Part shown: positions 32,912-43,621 of the stretch, piece after piece
How positions within the stretch are numbered: the first letter of the stretch is position 1
Layout: each line of letters starts with the position of its first letter
Assembly (NCBI GenBank): GCA_902463235.1
Contig: CABQER010000003.1
Coordinates: forward strand, 9,297 to 73,296
Reading direction: 5' to 3'
Source of the DNA: an uncultured Faecalibacterium sp.
GTDB taxonomy: Bacteria > Bacillota > Clostridia > Oscillospirales > Ruminococcaceae
DNA length: 64,000 nt
The notes under the pieces: generated by a model
The model's database searches: none
Seen by the model: only the letters and a program-made list of their open reading frames with translations
What the model was told of the DNA's origin: nothing
Position numbers and translations under genes: made by a program

Positions 32912-34663
32912 TTAGCCCTGCAGGCGCTGCACACTGCCGTGTGCGCAGTCCACAGCCACCATCAGACCATCACGGATGTGGCTGGTAGCACCGGCGGCAC
33001 CCACAACGGTGGGCTTCAGCAGTGCCTTGCCGGCAATGGCAGCGTGGCTGTTCAGGCCGGGCTCCTCTACCACCAGAGCGGCAGCGTCGCGCACAAAGCT
33101 CAGCATCTCGTTGCTGGTGGAGGGCACCACCAGCACCATGCCGGGCTTGAACTTGGCGCGCACCTCGTCCATGGTACGGCAGACGCAGGCCTTGCCGCTG
33201 GCAACATCGTTGTTCTCGGGGCCGACACCCACGCCGGTGGCCAGACAGTTGCCCACCATGTGGATCTTGATCATGTTGGTGGTGCCGGAAACGCCCACAG
33301 GCACGCCTGCGGTCACAACAGCCAGCTCGCCGTTGTGCAGGTAGCCGTTCTCCTTGGCCAGAGCAGTGGACATCTCGATCAGCTCATCGGTGCTGTGTGC
33401 CAGAGACATCATCAGCGGGGTGATGCCCCAGCTCAGGGACAGCTGACGCTGCACCTGCTCGCGCATGACGCAGGCGATGATGGGCTGCTGCGGGCGGTAC
33501 TTGCTCAGCAGGCGGGCGGTGGTGCCGGACTCGGACACGGTCACGATGGCGGCGGCGTTCACATCCCGTGCGGTCAGGCAGGCGGCATGGGCGGTAGCGT
33601 CGGATACGCTGATCTTGCCGGGGTTGAAATCCATCGTGCGGCCGCGCAGATGGAAGCCCTCCTGCTCGGTGCGCTCAGCAATGGCGGACATGGTCTTGAG
33701 CGCCTCCACGGGGTAGGCACCGGCAGCGGTCTCACCGGACAGCATAATGGCAGAGGTACCGTCGTAGATGGCGTTTGCCACGTCCGAGATCTCGGCGCGG
33801 GTGGGGCGGGGGTTCACGATCATGCTGTCCAGCATCTGGGTAGCGGTGACGATGGGCTTGCCGAAGGAGAAGGAGCGGTCGATGATGGTCTTCTGGATGC
33901 CGGGCAGCTCAGTGAAGTCGATCTCCACGCCCAGATCACCACGGGCCACCATCACGGCATCGGCAGCAGCCAGAATGCTGTCGATGTTGTTCACGCCCTC
34001 GCGGTTCTCGATCTTTGCAATGATGCGGATGTTGGAATCGTACTGGTTCAGCAGGTTGCGGATATCGTACACGTCCTGTGCGGTGCGCACAAAGGAGGCA
34101 GCGATGAAATCGTAACCCTGCTCGATGCCGAAGATGATGTCATCCTTATCGCGCTGGCTCATATACGGCATGGACAGGTGCACGCCGGGCACGTTGACGC
34201 CCTTCTTGTTCTTGATCTTGCCGCTGTTCAGTACGGTGCAGACGATGTCGGTGTCGTTCACGGTCTGGATCTGCAGCTTGATCAGGCCGTCGTCCAGCAT
34301 GATGGTGCCGTTCGGCTCCACGTCCATGGGCAGATCCTTGTAGGTGATGGAGCAGATCTCGTTGGTGCCCTCCACATCGCGGGTGGTCAGGGTAAAGGTC
34401 TGGCCGGCAACCAGATTCTCAACGCCGTTCTTGAAGTCCTTCAGGCGGATCTCGGGACCCTTGGTGTCCAGCAGTGCGGCCACGGGCTTACCCAGCTCCT
34501 CGCGCAGAGCCTTCAGCTTTTCAAGGCGACCCAGATGCTCCTCGTGGGAACCGTGGGAAAAATTGAAGCGGGCTACGTTCATGCCGTTGGCGATCAGATC
34601 GCGCAGCACGCCTTCCTTATCGGTGGAAGGGCCAAGGGTGCAAATAATTTTCGTCTTTCTCAT
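32912..34663 (-). CDS. pyk: Pyruvate kinase with C-terminal PEP-utilizer swivel domain
   Basis: MRKTKIICTLGP, RFNFSHG, DTKGPEIR, MVARGDLG, TATQML, MLSGETA; SHAAI tail; GGAGG RBS. Confidence 0.97.
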   Translation of the reverse strand: MRKTKIICTLGPSTDKEGVLRDLIANGMNVARFNFSHGSHEEHLGRLEKLKALREELGKPVAALLDTKGPEIRLKDFKNGVENLVAGQTFTLTTRDVEGTNEICSITYKDLPMDVEPNGTIMLDDGLIKLQIQTVNDTDIVCTVLNSGKIKNKKGVNVPGVHLSMPYMSQRDKDDIIFGIEQGYDFIAASFVRTAQDVYDIRNLLNQYDSNIRIIAKIENREGVNNIDSILAAADAVMVARGDLGVEIDFTELPGIQKTIIDRSFSFGKPIVTATQMLDSMIVNPRPTRAEISDVANAIYDGTSAIMLSGETAAGAYPVEALKTMSAIAERTEQEGFHLRGRTMDFNPGKISVSDATAHAACLTARDVNAAAIVTVSESGTTARLLSKYRPQQPIIACVMREQVQRQLSLSWGITPLMMSLAHSTDELIEMSTALAKENGYLHNGELAVVTAGVPVGVSGTTNMIKIHMVGNCLATGVGVGPENNDVASGKACVCRTMDEVRAKFKPGMVLVVPSTSNEMLSFVRDAAALVVEEPGLNSHAAIAGKALLKPTVVGAAGATSHIRDGLMVAVDCAHGSVQRLQG

Positions 34664-35086
34664 GCAATATACCTCCGTCAACTCTCTCTTACCTATATCC
34701 GGCACAGCATCCCTGCAGGCTGCTGTGTATGACCAATGGGAGCAAAAGCTCTCGGTACAGCGGGTTGGTTTGTATGGCAGAGCGGGAAAACCCAAAACTC
34801 TACCAACTATTATTATAATCATTCCGGTGCAAGAGAGCAAGAGGAATTTTTGCTTGAATACAAGTTTTTACATCTGCTGATGCCCAAAGGAAAGATTGCA
34901 AAACTTTTAACGATGCGCCGCGGCTTTCCGTACGCTGCCTGACAGGGGAAAACTGCTGCAAAACGTAAAAACTGATTAGAGCGCACAAGGCCGCTTCCTC
35001 TTGCATCCGAGGGGCTTTTTGCTTATAATAAGAATAATAAAGTAGTACTGTTCCGGGGTGCGCCCCGGAGAAATGGAGTGACCACT

Positions 35087-36265
35087 ATGGAAAAACGCGT
35101 TTTTCTGATCGTGCTGGACAGCTTTGGCATCGGCGCAGAGCCGGACGCCGCCGCCTTCGGCGATGCAGGCACCAACACCTTGGGTGCCATTGCGAACCAC
35201 CCCAATTTCAACTGTCCCAACCTGCGCAAGCTGGGCTTGTTCAACATTGACGGCGTGACCGCAGGGGAAAAAACGGATGCCCCGGCGGCTGCCTTTGCCC
35301 GCCTGCAGGAGCAGAGCATGGGCAAGGATACCACCATCGGCCACTGGGAGATCGCCGGTGTGGTCAGCCCGGAGCCGCTGCCCACCTTCCCTGAGGGCTT
35401 CCCGGAGGAGCTGATCCGGGAGTATGAGCAAAAGACCGGCCACAAGGTGCTGTGCAACAAGCCCTATTCCGGCACGCAGGTACTGAAGGACTACGGCGAA
35501 CAGGCCATGCGGGAAAACGCCCTCATCGTCTACACCAGCGCCGACAGTGTTTTTCAGGTCGCTGCCAACGAGGAGCTTGTGCCGGTGCAGGAACTGTACC
35601 GTTACTGCGAGATCGCCCGGGAAATGCTCAAGGGCAAATACGGCGTGGGACGCGTGATCGCCCGCCCCTTCCTTGGCAACAGCGCGGATACCTTCTACCG
35701 CACCACCAACCGCCACGACCTGAGCCTGAAGCCGCCCCGCGCTACCATGCTGGATCTGCTGAAGGATGCCGGTAAGGACGTGATCGCCGTGGGCAAGATC
35801 TACGATATCTTTGACGGCGAGGGCGTGACCGAAAAGATCAAGACCACCGGCAACACCAATGGCATCGCCTTTACCAAGGCTCTGCAGACCCGGGATTTTG
35901 AAGGCCTTGCCTTCGTAAATCTGGTGGACTTTGATATGCTCTACGGCCACCGCCGTGACGTGGCAGGCTACGCTGCCGCCGCCACCGAGTTCGACCGTTT
36001 TCTGGCCGACTTCCTGCCGGGGATGCGGGAGGGCGACCTGCTCATGATCACCGCCGACCACGGCTGCGACCCCTCCTACACCAGGACCACCGACCATACC
36101 CGCGAGTATGTGCCGTATCTGGTCTGCGGCAAGGGCGTAAAGGCGGGTACGGATCTGGGCACAAAGCTGTGCTTCGGCACCATCGCAAAGACCATCTGCG
36201 AGTATCTGGAGGTGGACGCTTCCACGCTGGACGGCCAGAGCGTATGGCAGGAGATCCGGGCATAA
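35087..36265 (+). CDS. deoB: Phosphopentomutase
   Basis: RVFLIVLDSFGIG, GKDTTIGHWE, YTSADSVFQ, NLVDFDMLYGHRRD, TADHGCDP. Confidence 0.96.
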   Translation: MEKRVFLIVLDSFGIGAEPDAAAFGDAGTNTLGAIANHPNFNCPNLRKLGLFNIDGVTAGEKTDAPAAAFARLQEQSMGKDTTIGHWEIAGVVSPEPLPTFPEGFPEELIREYEQKTGHKVLCNKPYSGTQVLKDYGEQAMRENALIVYTSADSVFQVAANEELVPVQELYRYCEIAREMLKGKYGVGRVIARPFLGNSADTFYRTTNRHDLSLKPPRATMLDLLKDAGKDVIAVGKIYDIFDGEGVTEKIKTTGNTNGIAFTKALQTRDFEGLAFVNLVDFDMLYGHRRDVAGYAAAATEFDRFLADFLPGMREGDLLMITADHGCDPSYTRTTDHTREYVPYLVCGKGVKAGTDLGTKLCFGTIAKTICEYLEVDASTLDGQSVWQEIRA

Positions 36266-36302
36266 AACGCCCCAAAAGCTATAAGAACAGGAGCGTGAAA
36301 CG

Positions 36303-37622
36303 ATGCGTATTTATGATCTGATCGCAAAAAAGCGGGATGGCGGCACCCACACCCGGGAGGAGTTGGAGGCCATTGTCAACGGCTTTGTCTGCGGGGATGT
36401 GACCGACTACCAGATGGCCGCATGGATGATGGCCGTGTACCTGCGCGGCATGACCAACGAGGAGACCGCCGAGTTGACCGATGTAATGGCGCACAGCGGC
36501 GTGATGGTAGACCTTTCGCCCATTCCGGGCATCAAGGTGGACAAGCACTCTACCGGCGGCGTGGGCGATAAGACCACGCTGGTCATTGCGCCCATCGTGG
36601 CAGCCTGCGGGGTAAAGATCGCTAAAATGAGCGGACGGGGTCTGGGACACACCGGCGGCACCATTGATAAGATGGAGAGCGTGCCCGGCACAAAGACCGC
36701 CCTCTCTCAGGAGGAATTTTTTGCACAGGTGAACCGGATCGGCCTGTCGGTCATTGGCCAGAGCGAGGGCATCGCCGTGGCAGATAAAAAAATGTATGCC
36801 CTGCGGGACGTTACCGCCACCGTCAGCTGCATTCCGCTGATTGCCTCCAGCATCATGTCCAAAAAGCTGGCCTCCGGCTCAGACGCCATCCTGCTGGACG
36901 TCACCACCGGCACCGGTGCTTTTATGAAAACTGTGGACCAGAGCATTGAGCTGGCGCAGCTGATGGTTGCCATCGGCACCCACCATGGCCGCCGGGTAGC
37001 CGCCATGATCACCGATATGGACACCCCGTTGGGGCACAACATCGGCAACAGTCTGGAAGTGATGGAGAGCATGGATGTGCTCAAGGGCCACGGCCCGGCA
37101 GACCTGACCGAGGTGTGCCTGCAATTGGCAGCCAACATGCTGGTGCTGGCAGGCAAGGGCGATGCCGCCCACTGCCGCGCTATGGCCGAGGCTGTCATTG
37201 CGGACGGCTCTGCCTTTGAAAAGTGCAAGGAAATGTTTGCCGCACAGGGCGGCGACATCCGTGTGCTGGATGATTACAGCCTGTTTGCACAGCCCGCCGC
37301 CAGCTATGAGCTGCTGGCCGAGCAGGACGGCTACATTGTGGCCAACGATGCCGAAAAGATCGGCTCTGCCAGTGTGCTGCTGGGCGCAGGCCGCCAGAAA
37401 AAGGGCGACCCGCTGGACTTTGCCGCTGGTATCACCCTGCACAAAAAGCGCGGCGACTATGTCCATAAGGGCGAAAGCCTTGCTACTTTTTACGGCGCAG
37501 CGGACAAGTTTGAAGCTGCCGCCGCCGAGTACCGCAGCGGCCTTGTGTACGGCGCGGAAAAGCCGGAGGAAGCCCCGCTGGTGTACGCCCTTGTCACCAA
37601 GGACGGCGTAGAGCGGTACTGA
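36303..37622 (+). CDS. pdp: Pyrimidine-nucleoside phosphorylase
   Basis: DKHSTGGVGDK, KMSGRGLGHTGGT, SSIMSKK. Confidence 0.95.
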   Translation: MRIYDLIAKKRDGGTHTREELEAIVNGFVCGDVTDYQMAAWMMAVYLRGMTNEETAELTDVMAHSGVMVDLSPIPGIKVDKHSTGGVGDKTTLVIAPIVAACGVKIAKMSGRGLGHTGGTIDKMESVPGTKTALSQEEFFAQVNRIGLSVIGQSEGIAVADKKMYALRDVTATVSCIPLIASSIMSKKLASGSDAILLDVTTGTGAFMKTVDQSIELAQLMVAIGTHHGRRVAAMITDMDTPLGHNIGNSLEVMESMDVLKGHGPADLTEVCLQLAANMLVLAGKGDAAHCRAMAEAVIADGSAFEKCKEMFAAQGGDIRVLDDYSLFAQPAASYELLAEQDGYIVANDAEKIGSASVLLGAGRQKKGDPLDFAAGITLHKKRGDYVHKGESLATFYGAADKFEAAAAEYRSGLVYGAEKPEEAPLVYALVTKDGVERY

Positions 37623-37933
37623 GACCGGACAGCAGGGGAGACCTGCTTTTCGCAAAAATGCAAGGCCGGGCAGCCCGCAGGCGGCCCGGCCTTGCTCCTA
37701 TAACAATAATTTTTTCGGTTGCTCCAAGGGGCTGCTGCACAAAAGCTGTGCGGCAGCTTTTTTTTTGCGCTTTCACGCTGAAAACAGGCCTTTTTGCACA
37801 AAGGAACGGTCGCTTTTTAAGCATTTCGCTGTATTTGCGGGTCAAACGGTAGAACTTTGCAAAGGGATATGGTATACTGTACTGTACTTGTATGCCCCGG
37901 GAAAAGGGGCTGCCAAAGGAGAAAGGACTTGTT

Positions 37934-39286
37934 ATGAAGATCATTCTGGTGGGCGGCGGCAAGGTCGGTACGGCTCTGGCACGCCAGCTCAGCGAGGAAG
38001 GCCACAACGTGACTGTGGTGGACACCAACAAGGCGCGCGTGGAGCACCTGACCGAAAGCTACGACGTGCTGGGCATCGTGGGCAATGGCTCGTCCATCAC
38101 CACCCTGTCCGAGGCGGGCATTGAGGATGCGGACGTGTTCATCGCGGTCACCGGCTCGGACGAACTGAACCTGCTTTGCTGCATGTTTGCCAAAAAGGCG
38201 GGTCACTGCCATGGCATTGCCCGTGTGCGCAACCCGTCTTACAGCCATGAGCTGGACTTTATCAAAAAGCAGATCGGCATTTCCGCCATCATCAACCCGG
38301 AAATGGCAGCCGCAAAGGAGATCTCCCATCTGCTGCGGTTCCCCGGTGCCAGCAAGATCGATACCTTTGCGGACGGCCGTGTGCGGCTGATCAAGTTTGC
38401 GCTGCCCGATGCGCTGGACGGCGTAGCCATCCGCGAGATCCCCACCCGGCTCAAGAGCGATATTCTGGTGTGTGCAGTAGAGCGTGAGGGCGGGGTCATC
38501 ATCCCCAACGGTAACTTCGTGCTGCAAAAGGGCGATCAGGTCACCTTCCTTGCCACGCAGGAAAAGGCGCACGCCTTCTTCCAGCAGCTGCATCTGCCGG
38601 TGCAGCCGGTGCGCAACGCCCTCATCGTGGGCGGCGGTGCCATTGCCTACTACCTCAGTCAGGAGCTGCTGGAAAACCACGTGCGGGTGCGTATCGTGGA
38701 GCGGGATGCAGCCCGCTGCGTAGAGCTGGCTGAGCAGCTGCCCGGTGCACAGATCCTGAACGAGGACGGCTCCAACCGCGAGTTTCTGCTTTCCGAGGGT
38801 CTGGAATCCACCGAAGCTTTTGTGGCGCTGACCAACATCGACGAGGAGAACGTGCTGCTGACCCTGTTTGCCAAAAAGCACTCCAACGGCAAGCTGGTGA
38901 CCAAGGTCAACCGTCTGGAATTTGACGATATTCTGGCCGGGCTGGATCTGGGCAGCGTGGTCTACCCCAAGTACATGACCTGCGACTACATCGTGCAGTA
39001 CGTCCGCGCCCTGCAAAACGAGGCGGGCAACAACATCAAGACCCTGTACCGCATTCTGGACGACCGCGTGGAGGCGCTGGAATTTACGGTGCACGAGGAG
39101 AGCGCCGCTACCGGTGTGCCCCTGAGCCAGTTGCACCTGAAAAAGAACCTGCTGCTGTGCTGCATTACCCGCGGCAGCAAGATTTTGATCCCCCGCGGCG
39201 GCGACCAAATTCAAGTGGGCGACAACGTCATCGTGGTCACGCTGGAGCATGGTCTGCACGACCTGCGCGATATCGTGGAGCACTGA
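37934..39286 (+). CDS. trkA: Trk potassium uptake NAD-binding subunit
   Basis: Two RCK domains (GGGKVG, GGGAIA), DELNLL, IPRG. Confidence 0.93.
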   Translation: MKIILVGGGKVGTALARQLSEEGHNVTVVDTNKARVEHLTESYDVLGIVGNGSSITTLSEAGIEDADVFIAVTGSDELNLLCCMFAKKAGHCHGIARVRNPSYSHELDFIKKQIGISAIINPEMAAAKEISHLLRFPGASKIDTFADGRVRLIKFALPDALDGVAIREIPTRLKSDILVCAVEREGGVIIPNGNFVLQKGDQVTFLATQEKAHAFFQQLHLPVQPVRNALIVGGGAIAYYLSQELLENHVRVRIVERDAARCVELAEQLPGAQILNEDGSNREFLLSEGLESTEAFVALTNIDEENVLLTLFAKKHSNGKLVTKVNRLEFDDILAGLDLGSVVYPKYMTCDYIVQYVRALQNEAGNNIKTLYRILDDRVEALEFTVHEESAATGVPLSQLHLKKNLLLCCITRGSKILIPRGGDQIQVGDNVIVVTLEHGLHDLRDIVEH

Positions 39287-39298
39287 CGGAGGCGGACT

Positions 39299-40741
39299 AT
39301 GAATTATGCGATCGTTTTCCGTCTGCTGGGCTATGTGCTGATGATCGAGGGCGCGCTGCTGCTGCTGCCCGCCGCCGCCAGCTTAGTGTATGGCGAGTGG
39401 ATGGTGCTGGGCGTGTTTCTGCTCACAGCTGCGGTCAGCGCCGGCATTGGCTACGCCCTGCACACCATCAAGCCCCGCAGTAAGGTGTTCTATATGCGCG
39501 AGGGCTTTGCGGCTACCTCGCTGTGCTGGGTGTTCATCTCGGTGATGGGCGCGGTGCCCTTTGTGCTCACCGGCTGCATCCCGAACCCCGTGGATGCCCT
39601 GTTTGAGACGGTCTCCGGCTTTACCACCACCGGTGCCAGCATCCTGCCCGCCGTGGAGGGGCTGCCCAACGGTATTCTGTTCTGGCGCAGCTTCACCCAC
39701 TGGATCGGCGGCATGGGCGTTCTGGTGTTTCTGCTCTCGCTGCTGCCGCTGACCGGCGGCTCTCACGTCAACCTGATGAAAGCCGAAAGCCCCGGCCCGC
39801 AGGTGGACAAGCTGGTGCCCAAGGTACAGTCCACCGCTAAAATTCTGTACGGCATCTACTTTGCTCTTACCATGCTGGAGCTGGTGTTCCTGCTGCTTGG
39901 CGGAATGCCCCTGTTCGAAGCCCTGCTCACCGCCTTTGGTACGGCAGGCACCGGCGGTTTCGGCTTCCGTAACGACAGCTTTGCCAGCTTTTCGCCCTAC
40001 ATCCAGTGGGTCGTGACCATCTTCATGATCCTGTTCGGCGTCAACTTCAACGCCTACTTCCTGCTGCTCATGCGCAAGTTCCGCCGCGCTGCTGCCAGCG
40101 AGGAAGTGCGGGGCTACTTTGTGGTCATCGCAGTGGCAGTAGGCATCATCACTGCCAATATTTATAGTATGTACAACAGCTTTGGCGAGGCGCTGCGGCA
40201 GGCCGCTTTTCAGGTGGGCTCCATCATCACCACCACCGGCTTTTCCAGCTGCGATTTTGACCTGTGGCCGACCCTCTCTAAAGAGATTCTGGTCATGCTC
40301 ATGTTCATTGGCGCCTGCGCCGGCAGTACCGGCGGCGGCATCAAGGTGAGCCGTTTCCTCATTCTGGGTAAGACCCTGGCCAAGGAGCTCAAGACCGCCC
40401 TGCACCCGCAGGTAGTAGCGCCCGCCCGCATGGACGGCAAGCTGCTGAACCATGAGACCATCCGCACCACCAACGTGTTCATTGCAGCGTATATCTTTAT
40501 CTTTGCGGCCTCCTTTTTCCTGATCAGTCTGAACGGCTTTGATATGGTGACGAACTTTACCGCCGTGGCTGCTACCCTGAACAACATCGGCCCGGGCTTG
40601 GAAATGGCAGGCCCAATGCAGAACTTCGGCTGCTTTGCAGACCCCGCAAAGCTGGTGCTGATCTTCGATATGCTGGCCGGTCGTCTGGAGATCTTCCCCA
40701 TGCTGGTGCTGTTCATGCCGGATACATGGCGGCGGTTCTAA
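39299..40741 (+). CDS. trkH: Trk potassium uptake membrane subunit
   Basis: SGFTTTG, WIGGMG, TTTGF, GSTGGGIK, NNIGPG, GRLE. Confidence 0.94.
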   Translation: MNYAIVFRLLGYVLMIEGALLLLPAAASLVYGEWMVLGVFLLTAAVSAGIGYALHTIKPRSKVFYMREGFAATSLCWVFISVMGAVPFVLTGCIPNPVDALFETVSGFTTTGASILPAVEGLPNGILFWRSFTHWIGGMGVLVFLLSLLPLTGGSHVNLMKAESPGPQVDKLVPKVQSTAKILYGIYFALTMLELVFLLLGGMPLFEALLTAFGTAGTGGFGFRNDSFASFSPYIQWVVTIFMILFGVNFNAYFLLLMRKFRRAAASEEVRGYFVVIAVAVGIITANIYSMYNSFGEALRQAAFQVGSIITTTGFSSCDFDLWPTLSKEILVMLMFIGACAGSTGGGIKVSRFLILGKTLAKELKTALHPQVVAPARMDGKLLNHETIRTTNVFIAAYIFIFAASFFLISLNGFDMVTNFTAVAATLNNIGPGLEMAGPMQNFGCFADPAKLVLIFDMLAGRLEIFPMLVLFMPDTWRRF

Positions 40742-41011
40742 GTGCTTTTGTGGCACGGGACAAGCATAAAAATATTATTTCGGAACACCGGAGTCTCTAT
40801 GGACGCTCCGGTGTTCTTTTTTGTGAAAGAAGCTACAAAGGCAGGTGGCAACGGTTAGAAATGCCTTGCGTTCAGCGCCGCATTGCAGTATGATTATAAT
40901 ATCAATTATCTGACCCTTACCCCTGAGCAGGCAGAACCTTTTTACAAACGAACTCGTTCTGCATGATAAAGAAGAGAGCAAAAACAATAAAATGTACAGG
41001 AGGAAATTACT

Positions 41012-42421
41012 ATGGGTTTGATCAAAGCAGGTATGGGTGCACTGGGCGGAACGCTTGCAGACCAGTGGAAGGAATTTTTCTATTGCGATTCTCTGGACAA
41101 AGATGTGCTGATGGTCAAGGGTCAGAAGCGCACCTCCCGCCGCAGCTCCAACAACGGCGAGGATAACATTATCACCAACGGCAGCGGCATCGCTGTGGCC
41201 GATGGTCAGTGTATGCTCATCGTGGAGCAGGGCCGGGTGGTGGAGGTGTGCGCCGAACCGGGCGAGTATACCTTCGATTCTTCCACTGAGCCCAGCGTGT
41301 TCACCGGCAACTTCGGCGACAGTCTGGCCGCTACCTTCCAGACCGTAGCCAAGCGCTTTACCTACGGCGGCAACACCGGCAAGGATCAGCGGGTGTACTA
41401 CATCAACACTAAGGAATTGGGCGAGATCCTGTACGGCACCGCCACCCCCATCCCCTTCCGTGTGGTAGTCAGCGAGGAGCGGGGCTACAAGCTCTCGGTC
41501 AATCTGCGCTGCAACGGCAGCTTTACCTATCGCATCTGCGACCCGCTGCTGTTCTACACCAATGTGTGTAGCAACGTTTCCAACCAGTACGATGCCTCGG
41601 AGCTGGCTCCCCGCCTGAAGAGCGAGCTGATGAACGCTTTGCAGCCGGCACTGGCCACCCTTTCTGCCAACAAGGTGCAGTATTACGAGATCCCCGCCCA
41701 CACGCTGGAGATCTCGGACGCCCTGAACGAGCAGCTGTCCAATGTCTGGCGCAAGAAGCGCGGCATTGAAGTGTTCTCCTTCAACATCAACTCTCTGTCC
41801 ATCCCGGAGGAGCAGCAGAAGAAGATCACCGAATGGGAAGAGAACGCCATGACCACCGACCCCACCACCGCCGCAGCCCGTCTGGTGGGCGGCCAGATCG
41901 ATGCCATGAAGACCGCCGCCGGGAACACCGCCGGTGCTATGACTGGCTTTATGGGCATGGGTATGGCTGCCGGTGCAGGTGGCATGGGAGGCATGAACGC
42001 CCAGAACCTGTTTGCCATGGGCCAGCAGCCCGCAGCACCTCAGCAGCAGACTTCTGCCGCCGACAGCTGGAAGTGCAGCTGCGGCGCTACCGTCACCGGT
42101 AAGTTCTGCCCGGAATGCGGCAGCAAAAAGCCGGAGCCGAAGCCCGCTGCCGACAGCTGGACTTGCAGCTGCGGCGCTACCGTTACCGGCAAATTCTGCC
42201 CGGAGTGCGGCAAGCCCCGCCCGGCGGCAGCAGAAGGCTGGACTTGCAGCTGCGGCGCAGTGAACAAGGGGAAGTTCTGCTCCGAGTGCGGCAAACCCAA
42301 GCCCGCCGGTACGCCCAAGTATAAGTGCGACAAGTGCGGCTGGGAACCGGCCGACCCCGCCCACCCGCCCAAGTTCTGCCCGGAGTGCGGCGACCCCTTT
42401 GACGACAACGACCGCAGCTAA
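41012..42421 (+). CDS. SPFH-domain protein with tandem C-terminal zinc ribbons (YdjI-like)
   Basis: ADQWKEFF, IITNGS, RVYYINTKE; three W.CSCG....GKFC.ECG repeats plus a fourth CDKC...FCPECG. Confidence 0.85.
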   Translation: MGLIKAGMGALGGTLADQWKEFFYCDSLDKDVLMVKGQKRTSRRSSNNGEDNIITNGSGIAVADGQCMLIVEQGRVVEVCAEPGEYTFDSSTEPSVFTGNFGDSLAATFQTVAKRFTYGGNTGKDQRVYYINTKELGEILYGTATPIPFRVVVSEERGYKLSVNLRCNGSFTYRICDPLLFYTNVCSNVSNQYDASELAPRLKSELMNALQPALATLSANKVQYYEIPAHTLEISDALNEQLSNVWRKKRGIEVFSFNINSLSIPEEQQKKITEWEENAMTTDPTTAAARLVGGQIDAMKTAAGNTAGAMTGFMGMGMAAGAGGMGGMNAQNLFAMGQQPAAPQQQTSAADSWKCSCGATVTGKFCPECGSKKPEPKPAADSWTCSCGATVTGKFCPECGKPRPAAAEGWTCSCGAVNKGKFCSECGKPKPAGTPKYKCDKCGWEPADPAHPPKFCPECGDPFDDNDRS

Positions 42422-42515
42422 GCCCGGCGCACAGCCCGCTGCACAATAACTGAACACACTGCGGGGCAGGGAAGAAGCCGAAGCCCCTGCTCCGCAGATT
42501 ATAGGAGGAAACGCT

Positions 42516-43607
42516 ATGGCAGGAATGCTGGAATATAAATGCCCCTGCTGCGATGGTGCCATCCAGTTCGACAGCACCACCCAGAAGATGAAATGTCCCT
42601 ACTGCGACACCGAGTTTGAGGTGGACGCACTGAAAGGCTACGATGAGGACCTGAAAGACCAAAAGCCCAGCGAGATGAACTGGGCCACCCCCGGCGGCGG
42701 CTGGGAAGAGGGCGAGACCGCCGGTCTGCATACTTACGTCTGTAAGAGCTGCGGCGGCGAGATCGTGGGCGACGACACTATGGCTGCCTCCGCCTGCCCC
42801 TTCTGCGGCAACCCCATCGTTCTGACCGGACAGTTTGCCGGAGACCTGCGCCCCGACCTCATCATCCCCTTCAAGCTGGATAAAAAGGCCGCCAAGGCCA
42901 AATTGCAGGAGCACCTCAAGGGCAAGACCCTGCTGCCCAAGGTGTTCCGCAGCCAGAACCATATCGACGAGATCAAGGGCGTGTATGTGCCTTTCTGGCT
43001 GTACGACAGCGACGCCGACGCCCAGCTGCGCTTTACCGCCACCCGCACCCGCTGCTGGTCGGATGACGACTACGATTACACCGAGACCAGCTACTACTCC
43101 GTGCGCCGGGACGGCGTGCTGGGCTTTGACGCAGTTCCGGTGGACGGCTCCTCCAAGATGGAGGACGAACTGATGGAATCCATCGAGCCGTTTACCATGA
43201 GCGATGCCGTGCCCTTCCAGACCGCGTATCTGGCAGGCTATGTGGCCGATAAGTACGATGTGGACGCCCAAAAGAGCATCGAGCGCGCCAACAAGCGTAT
43301 CCGTCGGTCCACAGAGGACGCCTTTACCCAGACCGTTACCGGCTACGACTCGGTCAAGATGGAGAACAGCAGCATCCAACTGCACGGCAGCAAGGCAAAA
43401 TATGCCCTGTTCCCGGTGTGGGTGCTGAGCACCAGCTGGCGCGGCAACAACTACATTTTTGCCATGAATGGCCAGACGGGCAAGTTTGTGGGTGACCTGC
43501 CGGTAGATAAGGCCGCCGCCCGCAAGTGGACGCTGGGCCTTACCGCAGCCGTTGGTGCCGCATCCTATGCGGTGATGTGGCTGCTGTGGCTGGCCGGGAT
43601 TCTGTAA
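42516..43607 (+). CDS. Zinc-ribbon membrane protein (YdjG-like)
   Basis: CPCC, CPYC, CKSC, CPFC; GVYVPFW, AMNGQTGK; C-terminal TM. Confidence 0.8.
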   Translation: MAGMLEYKCPCCDGAIQFDSTTQKMKCPYCDTEFEVDALKGYDEDLKDQKPSEMNWATPGGGWEEGETAGLHTYVCKSCGGEIVGDDTMAASACPFCGNPIVLTGQFAGDLRPDLIIPFKLDKKAAKAKLQEHLKGKTLLPKVFRSQNHIDEIKGVYVPFWLYDSDADAQLRFTATRTRCWSDDDYDYTETSYYSVRRDGVLGFDAVPVDGSSKMEDELMESIEPFTMSDAVPFQTAYLAGYVADKYDVDAQKSIERANKRIRRSTEDAFTQTVTGYDSVKMENSSIQLHGSKAKYALFPVWVLSTSWRGNNYIFAMNGQTGKFVGDLPVDKAAARKWTLGLTAAVGAASYAVMWLLWLAGIL

Positions 43608-43621
43608 AGGAGGGACGGAAG

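Noticed and set aside
37623..37933. c-di-AMP riboswitch upstream of trkA
   Set aside because: Only terminator-like hairpins are seen; no recognisable ydaO-type motif, and the likely promoter is close to the start codon.
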